Shown piece after piece: positions 11,811 to 25,239 of a DNA stretch of 64,000 nucleotides. This DNA is from Octopus sinensis (Eukaryota). The notes under the pieces were generated by a model. The model was not told the DNA's origin. It saw only the letters and a program-made list of their open reading frames with translations, and ran no database searches. Made by a program: the position numbers and the translations under genes. Every line of letters begins with the position of its first letter. Within the stretch, counting starts at the first letter, position 1. The stretch lies in NCBI RefSeq assembly GCF_006345805.1, contig NC_043006.1, positions 65,410,001 to 65,474,000 of the forward strand, in the 5' to 3' direction.

Positions 11811-12752
11811 CTTCCCCTCCTCTGCTTTTTCTCTTTCTTTTCCATCTTCCCTTCCCCGCCAACACCGTCACACATATGTAGTATCTCTTACGTCTTTCTT
11901 TACAATCTGCTTCAATTTAGACATCGGCGGTGACATAGATGACGTTCGCGCGGCTTGCTGGATTCTTTTGTGTTTCTCTGTGTATATGTTTGCGACTGCA
12001 TACATACACACACCGCATAAATATAATATATATATATATATACAAGTGTGTGTGTGTGTGTGTATATCTGTTCACCCGGCACATATCTGTACAGATATTC
12101 AATTTGCTGTCCTTATTGCATACTTTCTCACTTTCTTCTGCTGTTCACCTTTATATGCTCGCACACACACACATATACAAACACACACACACACACTTTT
12201 TTTCTTTTTAGATAATGGTGTATGGCTACATTTCGTTTCTTTGTTGTTTAACCCCAGGTCAGCACTGGTTGAGCAGACATGGTTAACGACGCTCCAGTAG
12301 TAACCATCACTTCTATTTTTCAGATAGTATATCTTGGGACTATATTATCCAACGTGACTCCTTTTATTCTTGTTTTTAAATAAATAAATAAAAAAAGAAA
12401 GAAAGAGATCTGAGGAAAATTCTGCTGTTATTTTTAACAGCACGAACGACCTTTTAGAGGCTTCGTTTAATTTAAAAACCATATTCTCTACTGCTAAAAA
12501 GGTACCATCGCCACCACCACCACCACCACCGCCGCCACCACTACCACTACTACCATGATTTCTCAAGCAAAAGCTTCATTTAAATTGTTTTTATATTTCA
12601 TTTTATTGTCAACGAAGTATTTAATTGATTTAATATTCTGATCTATTATTATTGCGACAGCTTGGGCAAGTAGTCTTACTATAAGCCCCGGGTCAACCAA
12701 AGCTTTGTGAGTGCATTTGGTAGGCGAAAACTGTATGGAAGCCCGTGGTATG

Positions 12753-12813
<61 letters not shown>

Positions 12814-12837
12814 CCTGACATTATATATATATATATA

Positions 12838-13170
12838 GGCGCAGGAGTGGCTGTGTGGTAAGAAGCTTGCTTACCAACCACATGGTTCTGGGTTCATTCC
12901 TAGTGCGTGGCACTCTATAGCCTCGGGCCGACCAAAGCCTTGTGAGTGGATTTGGTAGATGGAAACTGTCAAGCGATGTCCCCCCAACATCGCTTGACAA
13001 CCGATGCTGGTGTGTTTACGTCTCTGTAACTTAGCGGTTCGGCGAAAGAGGCCGATAGAATAAGTACTAGGCTTACAAAGAATAAGTCCTGGGGTCGATT
13101 TGCTCGACTAAAGGCGGTGCTCCAGCTTGGCCGCAGTCAAATGACTGAAACACATAAAGGAGTAAAAGAG
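12838..13170 (+). mobile_element. family A composite SINE
   Basis: GGCGCAGGAGTGGCTGTGTGG (A box)..GGTTC (B box)..GGTAGATGGAAACTG..CTTAGCGGTTCGGC..GACTGAAAC..AAAAGAG. Confidence 0.85.
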
Positions 13171-13194
13171 AATATATATATATATATATATACA

Positions 13195-13410
13195 CAGTAA
13201 TCCCTCGACTATCGTGGTTGTTACGTTCCAAAACCCTCCTGCGATAGGTGAAAATCTGCGAAGTAGAAACAGTACTATAACTATATATGTATATTTTTTT
13301 ATCTTAATAATTTGTATATATTTATTTTATCATAAATGCCACAAAGGAATCGGCGTAAGCTTAAACAATAAACCGCGATAGGTGAACCGCGATATGCCGA
13401 GGGGTTACTG
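13195..13410. mobile_element. pogo/Tigger-type MITE
   Basis: TIRs CAGTAATCCCTCG / CGAGGGGTTACTG followed by TA; repeated subterminal CGCGATAGGTGAA. Confidence 0.85.
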
Positions 13411-13639
13411 TATATCTATGTGTATGTCTTTGTATCTTTGTTCTGGTTACTGCTTAACAACCGGTGCTGGTTTGTCTACGTCCCCATAAACCTAATATCG
13501 TGTATTTGTACATTTCCTCCTGACTCGTACAATACAAATTGTAAGAATGTCATGTATCAGAGGCGTGGAATTCTGAGTAACCAATGCGAGTGAGTCATTG
13601 ACGGTACATAAATTAAATATAAACTCTACGTCTATCTTT

Positions 13640-14600
13640 TATACTCGTTTCTATCATTGGACTGTGGCCATGCTTGAGCACCACCTTGAAAGTTCTTGTT
13701 TTTTGTCTGACAAATTGACTCCAGTAGATATTTCTTAAAGTCTGGTACTTATTCTGTTGGTTACTCTTGTTGAACTGCTAGGTTACAGGGATGTAAACAA
13801 ACCAACACTAGTTGTAAAATGTTTGTGTGGTAATTAGCTTGCTTGCCAACCACATGGTTCTGGGTTCAGTCCCACTGCATGGCACGTTGGGCAAGTGTCT
13901 TCTACTATAGCCTTGGGCTGACCAAAGCCTTGTGGGTAGATTTGGTAGACGGAAACTGAAAGAAGCCCATCATATGTATATATGTATATGTTTGTGTGTC
14001 TGTGTTTGTCCCCCACTCACCATCGCTTGACAACTGGTGTTGGTGTGTTTATGTCCCTGTAACTTAGCAGTTCGGCAAAAGAGGCCAATAGAATAAGTAC
14101 TATGCTTACAAAGAATAAGTTCTGGAGTCGATTTGTTTGACTAAAGGCGGTGCTCCAGCAATGCCGCAGTCAACTGACTGAAACAAATAAAAGAGTAAAA
14201 GAGTAGACATACCATGTAAAGAGCACCTGTAATGGCACCTTTATAAAGCACCTGTGTTGGTGCCATGAAAAAGCACCCAGTACACTCTGTAGATTGTTTG
14301 GCATTAGGAAAGGACATCCAACTAGAGAAACCATGCTAAAACAGACACTTGGAGCCAGGTGTTGCTCTCTATCTTGTCTAGTTCCTGTCAAACTGTCCAA
14401 CTCATGCCAGCATGGAAAACGGATGTTAAATGATGAAGATGATGATGGGCTTCCATACAGTTTTTGTCTACCAAATTCAAATGCAAGGTATTGATTGGTC
14501 TGTGGCTATTTTAGAAAACAGTTGCCCAGGGTACCATGCACCGGGACTGAACCTAAAGCCATGAGGTTTGAAAGCAAGTTTCTTAACCACACAGCTTTGC
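13640..14600. mobile_element. cluster of family A SINEs (- 13640-13830, + 13830-14205, - 14440-14600) and an RTE-related repeat (+ 14205-14445)
   Basis: TTGGGCAAGTGTCTTCTACTATAGCC core at ~13888; GGCATTAGGAAAGGACATCC..GATGAAGATGATG tail. Confidence 0.75.
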
Positions 14601-14855
14601 CTTGAACATAGTTTTCGTTCATTTGTATAATTGTGTGTGTTTGATATGTATATATGTAAGTGTGGGTGTGTGTAAGCATTTGTTTGTTTGACTGTAACCA
14701 TTCTGGATGACTTCTTTGAAGTTAAGCACATTGACACCAGTATCATTCCCTGTTTGTTGAGCTGCTACATTACAAGAAGAATTTTCTTTCTTCAATATAT
14801 AGTAACTATGGACTTCATTTGACCCCGATTCCTGTCTCCCTGTCACTGTTCATAC

Positions 14856-14933
14856 CTGGATAAGAGCAATAATAATGACTAGCAGGACCCATACATATTT
14901 CATGGAATTAATGGTAAACTTAATGGGTTGTTT
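14856..14933 (-). CDS. candidate 78-nt coding exon KQPIKFTINSMKYVWVLLVIIIALIQ (signal peptide or signal anchor)
   Basis: Minus strand acceptor TTTTCAG|, open frame, donor CAG|GTATGA (14855-14850); ATG at 14903 gives MKYVWVLLVIIIALIQ. No partner exon found. Confidence 0.35.
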
Positions 14934-15439
14934 CTGAAAACTTTATCTAAAAAACCTGAAATGGCAGCCTGTGTTGTGTCTGTGTCAAAAGATACAAACA
15001 CAAAAGATAAAGATAGTTGCTCACCTGCTAATCATTAAAAAGTCATGGAAATTGGAATACAATGATTACTTAATGCACTTATATACTTTATGCACAATTT
15101 TATAGACTTAATAATACACAGCACTGTCCCTCTTTCTCTCTCCTTTTTCTTTCACTCTTCACCTTTACCTTCAACTAATCACATGAAAGCGTTACAGATG
15201 GGCTAAGTAACGGAGGAAAAAAACGTAATTAAAAAAAGTACACACTTCACTCACCACCACCTCTCCCCTTTCCTCCCACTTGTCCCTCTTCCTCCCCCTT
15301 TCAATTAATCACATGGAAGCGTTACGGATGGGCTAAGTAATGGAGGAACAAGCAGAATTATTGTAAGATAACAATCAGCAATAGTTGCTCTTGCTTGATG
15401 TCCTCCTCCCTCATCGTACTTTCCTCCTCCCACTTCTTC

Positions 15440-15986
15440 AGCACCTTTTCTGCATTGAGGACATATATCTCATTTTATTCATCTCTGAAGTCATTATCCT
15501 CAGTGACTTCAGTTCTCACAACTTCTTGTAACTCTCTCACTAATCACTCACTGATGTTACCAGTGTAGGAACGGGATCTTTTGCCACCCTCAGTTTTCTA
15601 CTTCATCTTGTCTCATTCCTTATACGCATCCCACATTGACACACAGACATCTGAAACCTCTTTTGTCCTTTTTTTCTTTTCTCCAAACCTATAAACTCTA
15701 CCAAACTGTAACTGTCTCTGCACTTAGGTTGTCCAACTACTGTCTCATGACAACTTCCCAACACATGCACGACACAACGCCCCTTCGCTGAACAGCCTAT
15801 GGCACTTCAAGTCACTCAACTGTCTGAAGGTCTGTCAGTTTTATGCTCACTCTCTCTGGCAATGTATGTGCTTCATTGCCGACCCTTCAGAAATACCTAG
15901 ACAGTTCATTTAAACTATACTTTTAGGTATCTCCCTCTACATCTGACATACAAAAATTCAGTGCTCTAAGAGCTTCACTCAGAGTA

Positions 15987-16027
<41 letters not shown>

Positions 16028-16910
16028 ATGACAGCTATATATTGGTTATTGGTAGGATGTTGAATAGAATACAGCATGAGCAGGGTGATGGGATAGCCAT
16101 AAAGGTGTTTCATAGTAAGAGACAGTGAGTTGATAGTTAGCAAGGGAGAAAGTGTTGGTAAGAGTGATAGATGTCAGCTGAAAGTGGCATGCAAGAAAAA
16201 CTCAATCCTCTAAGTGATTCACTTGTTGTTCAGGCAAAAATGTGGGGCCTACAATGTCTGGAGAAATCTACCTACTTTGGAAAACTGGGTGACATTTACT
16301 TAGCTATACAACTTATGTAAAACCACTGTCTGAACTGGAAAAGATGCATTTATGCATTGTACAGCCTTAAAATTCTCCCACTTCCCAAACTTCATCCAAT
16401 CTGTGTAGTTCTTTACCAAAAGAATATTCACCAACTTTACAGAACTTTATATCCAGTTCTCTATAATGATAGTTCTGTGTGCAGCATCCTTGCTGAGAAA
16501 GCCTCTATTTTCCATTCCTGCTTTGCAGCCTACCTTCATTTGCTCATACTTAGCAAATCTTTCCCAAATCTATCCCTTTTCATACATCCAGGCCCACTAC
16601 CTTGTAGGTTCATTCACCAACTGCCAATTTATCTCCAGTCAGTTCAAATCAACAAAACCATCAGACCTGACAATGTTCTTCCACTACCTTAAAACACTGA
16701 CCCCTCCCCCAGACTGATGCCTATACTCACCAAACTCTTCACCCTTTCCTGCTCTATAAAGAACTACCTTGATCTTTGAAGATATTCTATTATCTGTCTC
16801 AAGATGTTCTATTATGTGTCTCAAGAAAGGTAACCTCTTTGATCTTGTCAACTATTTCCCTGTTGCATTCATTTCCAGTTTCTCTAACATAATCTAGTTG
16901 AAATTTTCCA
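15440..16910 (+). mobile_element. degraded L2/CR1-group LINE ORF2 (AP endonuclease to RT N-terminus)
   Basis: Frameshifted fragments EVIILSDFSSHN (GDFN motif), LWHFKSLNCLKVCQFYAHSLW, EKASIFHSCFA, INKTIRPDNV (KAxGPDG), LKKGNLFDLVNYFPVAFIS (PKKGD..NYRPIALIS). Confidence 0.8.
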
Positions 16911-17349
16911 TCACTTGAATCTCTTTGTTTCTCTTTCTCTCTCTCTTTCCTTTACAATCACACATGTACACACCATCATCATCATCGATCTGCTTCCCAT
17001 TCTGGCATACATTAGATGAGTTATTAACATCTGAATTTTCGTTCAGCATTACTACCCTCCTAAATTGATCAGCTGACCATGTCTTGCTTGTGTGTTTTAA
17101 TTTTGACTTGGTCTCTGTTGCCAGATGCTCTTTTTAATACCAACCATTTTACAGATGGCACCAGCCCTAAGAAGGCATTTAATCTTTGATGTGATTTTGT
17201 TCTCTCTAACTTTTGTTGCCTATGTTCAAACAGCTCCATGTTCCTTCCAAAATAAATGTGACTGGGAGTGAGGGTAGAAGTGGAGTGATGACCAAGCGTG
17301 TGAGAGAGCACGAGAGAGTTTGAATATGAATGTGTCGAGACAAAGAGTA

Positions 17350-17620
17350 ATAGGATGATAGGAGAGTGGAGAAAGAAGAGGGAGAAGGTTAGTTATGCAG
17401 TTGTTGTTGTTAGTTGGTCATGAGGTTGGATAGAAAATCCGTATGAACAGTTTGATGAGGTAGCAGTTGGATGTCTTGTAAAAAGTGTGGTGGATAGGAA
17501 CAGGGATGGGTGATGGAAAAAAAAAAGAGTGGCAAATATCAGCGTTACATTGGTGGAAGAGTGGAGAAAGAAATGGCTAATAGTAAAGAAGTGTGATGTT
17601 TGGCTTTACTGGATACAGAC
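17350..17620 (-). mobile_element. possible 3' fragment of an L2/CR1-group LINE
   Basis: Minus-strand LSPLFHQCNAD..FFFH resembles LxPLxHRRxVA..FYRYFH; heavily decayed. Confidence 0.3.
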
Positions 17621-17869
17621 AGATTTGATGCCATCCCTTGTTACAGTTGTAGTAGGGAAGTAAGTTGTTTGTGTGTGAGAAAGAGAGAGGCAGCTACATG
17701 TTAGTTGTTGGTAGAATGTTGAATAGGAAACAGCACAAGCAGGGTGATGGGATAGCCATAAAGATGTTTCATAGTATGAGAGAGAGTGAGTGATAGTTAG
17801 CAAGGGAGATAGTGATGGTAAGAGTGGTAGATGTCAGCTAATTGTCACATGAAAGAGGGTAGTGTATAT

Positions 17870-18750
17870 ATATAGTGAGATTCAGTGCCATCTTTTGTTA
17901 CACAAGTGTCCACTGTGTCACCAGTCACAAGGGTTTCTTGTTATCTCCCTTTTGAGATTCAGCCTTCATTACTTCGTCCTATGTCTCTGTAGGTCTCACA
18001 TTTTTTACCAGTGTCTATCCTATCCACACCCTTTTTTAAAACCCTTTATGACTACACATATCCTCTAAACTTTTTCCACTCAGTTTTCACACTGGTGACT
18101 ATGCTTTCTATATATTCTTAATATATATGGAGAATATATAGAAAGTCACCTACGTAGTAAAAACTATTAAAACTAGTCAGAATTACAAGCATTTGAGAGA
18201 ATTTATTTTACATGTATTCTTACTGCTAATTACTTTTGTGCATCTCGGCATACACAAAGTCTAACTTCTCTGTCAATCTGTTTGTGACCCCACTGTACCT
18301 TTCATGCATCCATTGATGCTGGATACATTTGTATGGAGTTCCTACCTGTACCTTTTTTACATAATATACTTACCATTTTCCATTTGGCTGGGTCTTGTCT
18401 CTTTTACGTCTTAAAACTTAAGGTTTTGCTTGGACAACTTTAAGGCCTTTTAATTCCAGCTTTTGCTTCTCTGTTTGGAATATCTTCTCCAAATCTCCTG
18501 CTGATTCTGCTACAAAAAGAAGGTTATCAGCATGCAGGAGTTCCCTTGGACAGCCAGTTGGAAACTCCTTTGTCATTCCTTGGGGCTATAAAAAAAGCAG
18601 GTGGATCTGAGCACTGGTAATTCCCTACCTGTACATTAAATTGATTGCCAAAAGTATTGCTGTTATCTTGCATACTGCACTTCTGTACTTGATACCTGGC
18701 TTGCCTGTCCCTCACATGCCAAGGATCTAGATTTCTTAATGTCCACTAGA
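17870..18750 (+). mobile_element. probable continuation of the L2/CR1-group LINE (RT domain), heavily decayed
   Basis: VTSHKGFLLSPF (VWHKALLSKLPSF-like), PVSILSTPFLKPFM (QGSVLSPTLFLLFI-like); collinear with 15440-16910. Confidence 0.45.
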
Positions 18751-18860
18751 ACATAGAATGAGGAATACTGTCAAAGGCTGTTGGCAAATGCTACATGTTA
18801 GAACTTACTCATTAGTAAGTGGTACATGTATGTGTAGTGTATGCATGTATATGCTTGTGC

Positions 18861-18914
<54 letters not shown>

Positions 18915-18989
18915 GTTTACATATATTCATATGTATATATTTAATTCTCTGTGTTTGCATATATCTATGTATGTGTACGTGTGTGTATA

Positions 18990-19202
18990 CAGGGTGGCCC
19001 AAAAGAAGGTCTACAGTTATTCAACTATCTCTTTCGCATTCATATATTAATAGTTTAGATCTTAATTATGAAAAAATATATGAAACCATTATTCTATGCT
19101 AATTTAGTTAATTGTAAGATAGAAATTTAAATGTAATAAAGCTTTTAAAAGAAATTTAAAGTGCCTACACAATAACTGTAAACCTACTTTTGGACCATCT
19201 TG
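18990..19202. mobile_element. Tc1/mariner-type MITE
   Basis: TA-CAGGGTGGCCCAAAAGAAGGT / ACCTACTTTTGGACCATCTTG inverted termini. Confidence 0.75.
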
Positions 19203-19237
19203 TGTGTAGATATATATATGATTATATAAAATATAAT

Positions 19238-19560
19238 CATCATCGTCGTTAACGTCCATTTTCCATGCTAGTATATGTTGGATGGTTCGACCGGGGTCTG
19301 GGAAGCCAGGATGCTGCGCCAGGCTCCAGTCTGACTTAGCAGTGTTTGTACAACAGGATGCCCTTCCTAACGCCAACCACTCCGTCAGTGTAGTGGGTAC
19401 TTTTTACGTGCCACCGGAACAGGGGCCAGAGGAGGCTGGCAAACGGTCACGATCGGTTGGTGCTTTTTACGTGCCACCGACACGGACGCCAGTCAGGCGG
19501 CGCTGGCATTGGCCACGTTCGGATGGTGCTTTTTACGTGCCACCGGCACGGGTATCACAT
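19238..19560 (-). mobile_element. RTE-related SINE-like repeat with internal tandem units
   Basis: CATCATCGTCGTTAACGTCC..GATGCCCTTCCTAACGCCAACCAC; three TTTTTACGTGCCACCG units. Confidence 0.8.
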
Positions 19561-19739
19561 ATATACATGTTTATATATGTACATACAAACACGTGTGTAT
19601 ATATACCATATAGCTATGTACTATATAGGTATATGTATGCGTTGTGCGTATATATACACATCTGTATGTAATACTTGTATGTTAAGCACCATAAATGTAA
19701 GCTAAAGACATTTGTAAAGTGATACATTCAGAGAAAGGT

Positions 19740-20022
19740 CAGGAGGTGTGGCCCGATGGTAAGATGTTTACTTTCAAATCACCGGGTTCCGGGCTCAGTC
19801 CCACTACATGGCACATAGCCTCGGGAGGCCAAAGCCTTGTCAATGGATTTGGTAGACGAAGACCGAAAGACGCTCGTCATGTGTGTGTGTGCGTATATAT
19901 ATATATATATGATCCGGTTCTTGACTGATGATTGAGGGCTTCGAATGTCCCGTCCGTGTTTTTTGTGTCGTCTTCTAAATGTTTCACGTTCTTGTCCCGT
20001 TTGTATATTTTTTTTACCTTTT

Positions 20023-20082
<60 letters not shown>

Positions 20083-21120
20083 TTTTGTTTTCCTCCGCCC
20101 ACCGCTTGGCAGCCGGTGCTAGTATGTTTACGTTGCCGTAACTTAGCGGTTCGGCAAAAAAAAAAAAAACCCACGATAGAATAAGTACCAAGCTTAAAGA
20201 AAGCAGGAAAGAAAATGCACTGGGGTCGACTCGTTCGACTAAAATTCTTCAAGGCGGCGGCTCAGCATGGTCACAGTCTAATGACTGAAACAAAAGATAA
20301 AAAGATATATATCAGTAGCGGTGCCCCAGCATAGCCGCAGCTTCAAGGCTGAAACAAATAAAAGAATAGTCGCAGGAGTGGCTGTGGTAAGAAGCTTGCT
20401 TACCAACCACATGGTTCCGGGTTCAGTCCCACTCTCCGTGACACCTAGGGCAAGTGTCTTCTACTCTACGCTCGGGCCGACCAAAACCTTGTGAGTGGAT
20501 TTGGTGGACGGAAAGTGAAAGAACCTCGTTCTATAAATATACATATATGTGTGTATGTGTCTGTGTTTGTCCCTCCTCCACCATCGCTTGACAACCGCTG
20601 TTGGTGTGTTTATGCACCTAGTAACTTAGTGATTTGGCAAAAAAAAAAAAAAAAAAAGAAAAAGAAAAGAGACCGATAGAATAAGTGCTAGGCTTACAAA
20701 GAATAAGTCCTGGGGTCGATTCGTTCAACTAAAAGGCGGCGCTCCAGCATTGCTGCAGTCAAAGAACTGAAACAAATTAAAGAATATAGGAGTGGCTGTG
20801 TGGTCCGGGTTCATTCCCACTGCGTGGCACCTTGGGCAGTGTCTTCTACTATAGCCTCGGGCTGACCAAAGACTTGTGAGTGGCTTTGGTAGACGGAAAC
20901 TGAAGGAAGCCCGTCGTATATATGTGTGTGTGTCTGTGTTTGTCCCCACCATCGCTTAACCGATGGTGGTGTGTTTACGTCCCCGTAACTTAGCGGTTCG
21001 GCGAAAGAGACCGATAGAATAAGTACTAGGCTTACAAAGAATAAGTCCTGGGATCGATTTGCTCCACTAAAGGTGGTGCTCCAGCATGGCAACAGTCAAA
21101 TGACTGAAACAAGTAAAAGA
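19740..21120 (+). mobile_element. three consecutive same-strand family A SINEs (19740-20310, 20370-20780, 20785-21120)
   Basis: Repeated head GGAGTGGCTGTG, core CTTGGGCAAGTGTCTT and tail GACTGAAACAA..AAAGA. Confidence 0.8.
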
Positions 21121-21674
21121 ATATATATATATACATACATACATACATACACACATATATATATATATATATATATCTGTATTTTCCCACCTAAATCTCT
21201 CCAACCACCCCCATTAACCTCTCCATACACCTAGGCGTGTGTTTGTGTGAAATTCAATTGCGTTGTTCGTTGTTTTTCTTTTTGTGTTTCACTGGACACA
21301 GTTATATTGCAATTTCATTTTCTCTCTCACACCGCCTCTTTCTTCAAGGCCTCTTTCTCTGTCTTTCGCTCATTCCCTCTCTTCCAAGACTCTGCTTATT
21401 CCTTTCTTTCACCAACACTCACTCTCCCTCCCTTCTTTACGCTCTCTCTCCCTCTCTCTCTCTCTCTACTGAACCTATCACAGCAAAAGGATTTGCGATT
21501 ACATAGAATCTAGACTGATAACTGCACTTGTTCAGACTGTTTGCTAATCTAGTGACAGGCATGTTCTGAAATAGCAAATATAGTTACTTATTGTGTTGTT
21601 TCGCCTATGAAAGTGTGTATGAATTTGCGACGCTCACTTGTGACTTATATTTCTCAGTGTGTGTGTTTGTGTGA

Positions 21675-21712
<38 letters not shown>

Positions 21713-21902
21713 GTAGATAGATAGATCACATTCCACATGATGTGCAAAGTATAAGATCTGTCTCTGTGTTTGTAGATTTTTTTAACGTAGCATTTGTGAT
21801 GTATGTCGGGCAATATATGCCATTCTCTCTCTTTCTATCCATCTATCTGTAAATATTATATAAACAGACTTAACACAGGAAAAGTACTTGTGTGTGTGTG
21901 TG

Positions 21903-21952
<50 letters not shown>

Positions 21953-22621
21953 ATATATACATACATACATATAGGTGTGTGAGTCGTTGGCGACGACAGC
22001 ATTTTAACGTGTTTACGGTGTATCTATGTTTAAATATTGATCTGTATCTATATATTTATATATCACTATGTTCACACATGATGTGTTTGGCGACTCCCCC
22101 CTTCTCTCTCTCTCTCTATCTATATGCTAACATTTGTGTTTGGTGTATGCGTGTCTGTAAATCCGGCTTGGTATGGCAAATTGTATATATCTTCAGTACG
22201 CACGCACGCACACACGTGTGTGTGTGTAAATCCGAATTAGTACGTGTCTATGTATGTTAATTAAAATTTGTGCATATGTATGCTTGTGTATGTAAATATA
22301 GAATTGTATATTGTAATATAATATGCTGCATGTATGTTTTTATGTAATTATTGTGTGTGTATGTATAAAAAAAAGTCAATATGTATTTTAATGTGTAGGT
22401 GCATATATATTTACACACGGACATAATTTCCCATTTTTTTTCTCTCTCGAAAGTGTGTGTATTTATTAATGAGCGTGTTTATGAAAGAATGTCTGCTGTT
22501 TGTGGGAATGTGAATGCTTGTGTGAATAAATAGATCGGTGTGTATGTGTGCGTGTATATTTATATATGCGCATATGCGCTTGTCAGCTGTAATGTAAAAT
22601 CTGTGTAAGCAATACAATATA

Positions 22622-22672
<51 letters not shown>

Positions 22673-23331
22673 ATGTATATTCTATCTATCTATGTGTGTA
22701 ATATATTGACGTATGAGAACATGTGTACGTATTTGGTATTTGTGTCTGTGTGCTCTGATTGTTAACTTTTTGGGTCGAGTATTATTATTATTATTAGCTT
22801 CTGCTTTATACCCCCCCCCCACCTCTCGAATTTTATTTGATATTCTAATCCTTCAAATATAGCCAAGAGTCTGATATCCGCCAGGCTGACCTCCTGCTAC
22901 CATGTCACCTTTGCAGGCTAGATGCCTACGACCTATTTGCACCTAGGGTGTGGGTCGGTGACGTTCGTTTATTCCTTTTAGGCCTGTGTCGAATTGGAGC
23001 ACATTTTCGTTCGTCTCAGATGTTTCTCCACATCTCTCTCTCTGTCTTTCACTTTTTCTCTTGCTGCCCCACCGCCACTCTTTATTTCTTTTCTCCATTG
23101 GTACACCTCTAGCTGACTGAGTTAAATCAATTTGGAGATACTGTGATTGTACAGACACACTCACACACGCATACATACATATATGCACTCACACACACAC
23201 GCATGTGTGAGTACGTGTATTTATATCCTCATGTATGTTTATGCGTACATGTTTATATACATGCATATGTATATGTCTAATGTGTACATGCGTATATACA
23301 TACTTAATACATAAGTATATGTGTGTAGTAT

Positions 23332-23389
<58 letters not shown>

Positions 23390-25239
23390 CTGTGTGTGTG
23401 TGTGTATGTGTGTATCCGTCTATGATAGCATGTGTACAAATATATTTTGTGAAAACTAAGCTTAATACCTTTTGGCTCAGTCCTGCCAGCCATTTTTTCT
23501 ACCCCTTGTATGTTAACAGAAATGTAATCTATGTAGCAATGCCTTGTCTTTATGAATATTTTAAGAGGGAGGGAAAGAGAGTGGGTAAATGTATATTTAT
23601 ATACACATATATATGTACGTGTATGTGTGTTTAATTTAATCATATGTTCATGATTAAGTTGCTTGGAAATATATCGCCTCCATTAGTTCTGATAAATAGC
23701 AAAATCTAATGCGCAAGGTCGGAGGATGTGACAATTGACGTAGAATATATTGTTCGAGGTCGATCTATTAATGTCAAGCTTGTAAGTTATTTTATGCGTG
23801 TTTATTTATGCCAACCCTCCAGCCCCATGCCGTCAGCCATAAGGGGAAGAAGATTGTAATGCCAGAAATAATAATCTCTAATCAACCTTGCTCTCATCCC
23901 AAAGTAAAATATTTTTTCGTGTTTTCTTTAAAAACCAACATACGAGTGTCTGAGAGTGAATGAACGAACTCTTGGACGAAATTAGTCGAGTTTTGTACAT
24001 ATTTAATAAATAAAATAGCTACAATTTTCATGCAGCCTGATATACATGCAAGCAGTCAAAACGTTTACATATATATATATAAAATTCCTATTTCAATGTC
24101 TGTAAGCTTTACTGTGGAAGCTATCATTTATCTACAGTTGTTTTATTTATTGACGCAATAGGATGCTTTACGCCATTTCAACTGCAAATTGTTAGCATAT
24201 TAAAATCGTACAGACGACCAGCCAACCGCTTAACCTTGAACTATAATCTTTCATTGCTTTGGCCCTCTCCCATTCACTCGAGGGACGAATGAAATGAGTT
24301 GTTTGATGAGAATATCTTAAAACTTGTTGGAAAGCTTGGAAACTTTTCATACATTGATTGTACCTCTACGAAATATTTGAATTTTTATTGGTTTTAAAAT
24401 GCAGATTGCGTTGCTATTCTTTTATGTTACTTTTTTTTATTTGCCTGGTGTTCAGTTTTTTTTAAAGTCTCTAGTTTTTAACCTTTACTGCTGTAGATAT
24501 ATTTTTGGGTTTGAGGATAAACAAGATGAGTCTATCCAGCAGGTCATATCTTGTTTCACTCACCATTGTAAATATAGTTATGTTTATTTTAGCTTAATCA
24601 GTGAACAGCAACACTATGTAAAGATATACCAATATGTGTAATATTATTAATACTTTGTGGCAGACTTTCATTTTTTAAACATTTTTCTTTATCTTGAAAT
24701 GAAGAATTAACGATAACTGCAAACGAGATTTAAAATATATTGTGCAGTTATGGCTTCCCTATCAAGATGTTCCTGACGTAATTGTAGATTAATTCGTCAT
24801 GCTCATGGGATATGTTGAAACATAGCTAGCAGATTGAAAGTATTGTTAAATACAATATCCCCTCTTAACCCAGCTATTCATAGCACAATCATAATTGTTA
24901 CAGATCTATACAATAGTTATTGCTGTTAATTCTTTCACGACCACATTATCTTATTTGCTGTCTTCCATGATACTGACAGTAGTAGATTGACCAGGTTTTA
25001 AAAGTTAGAGGGACCGAACAAAAAGAAAAAAAAAAAAGGCGCCGAGACGCATACCGAACAATTTTAAATTTATTTCTCTTATATTACGCGAAATAATTCA
25101 TTAGTTATAGTATGCTTAATTGTATTCTACATTCAGGAATTTCGTGTTTCAGTAACAATGTCCATTACATATGAAACTCACAACTACTGACATAGGTGTG
25201 ACGTGAAAAGGATGCAACTTCACGGCATTGTCTAATATT

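Noticed and set aside
14619-14846. 75-aa minus-strand ORF (TGRQESGSNEV..)
   Set aside because: Reads protein-like, but the best upstream acceptor puts a stop at codon 2 and it runs into (CA)n. CAG|GTATGA is better read as the donor of the 14856-14933 exon.
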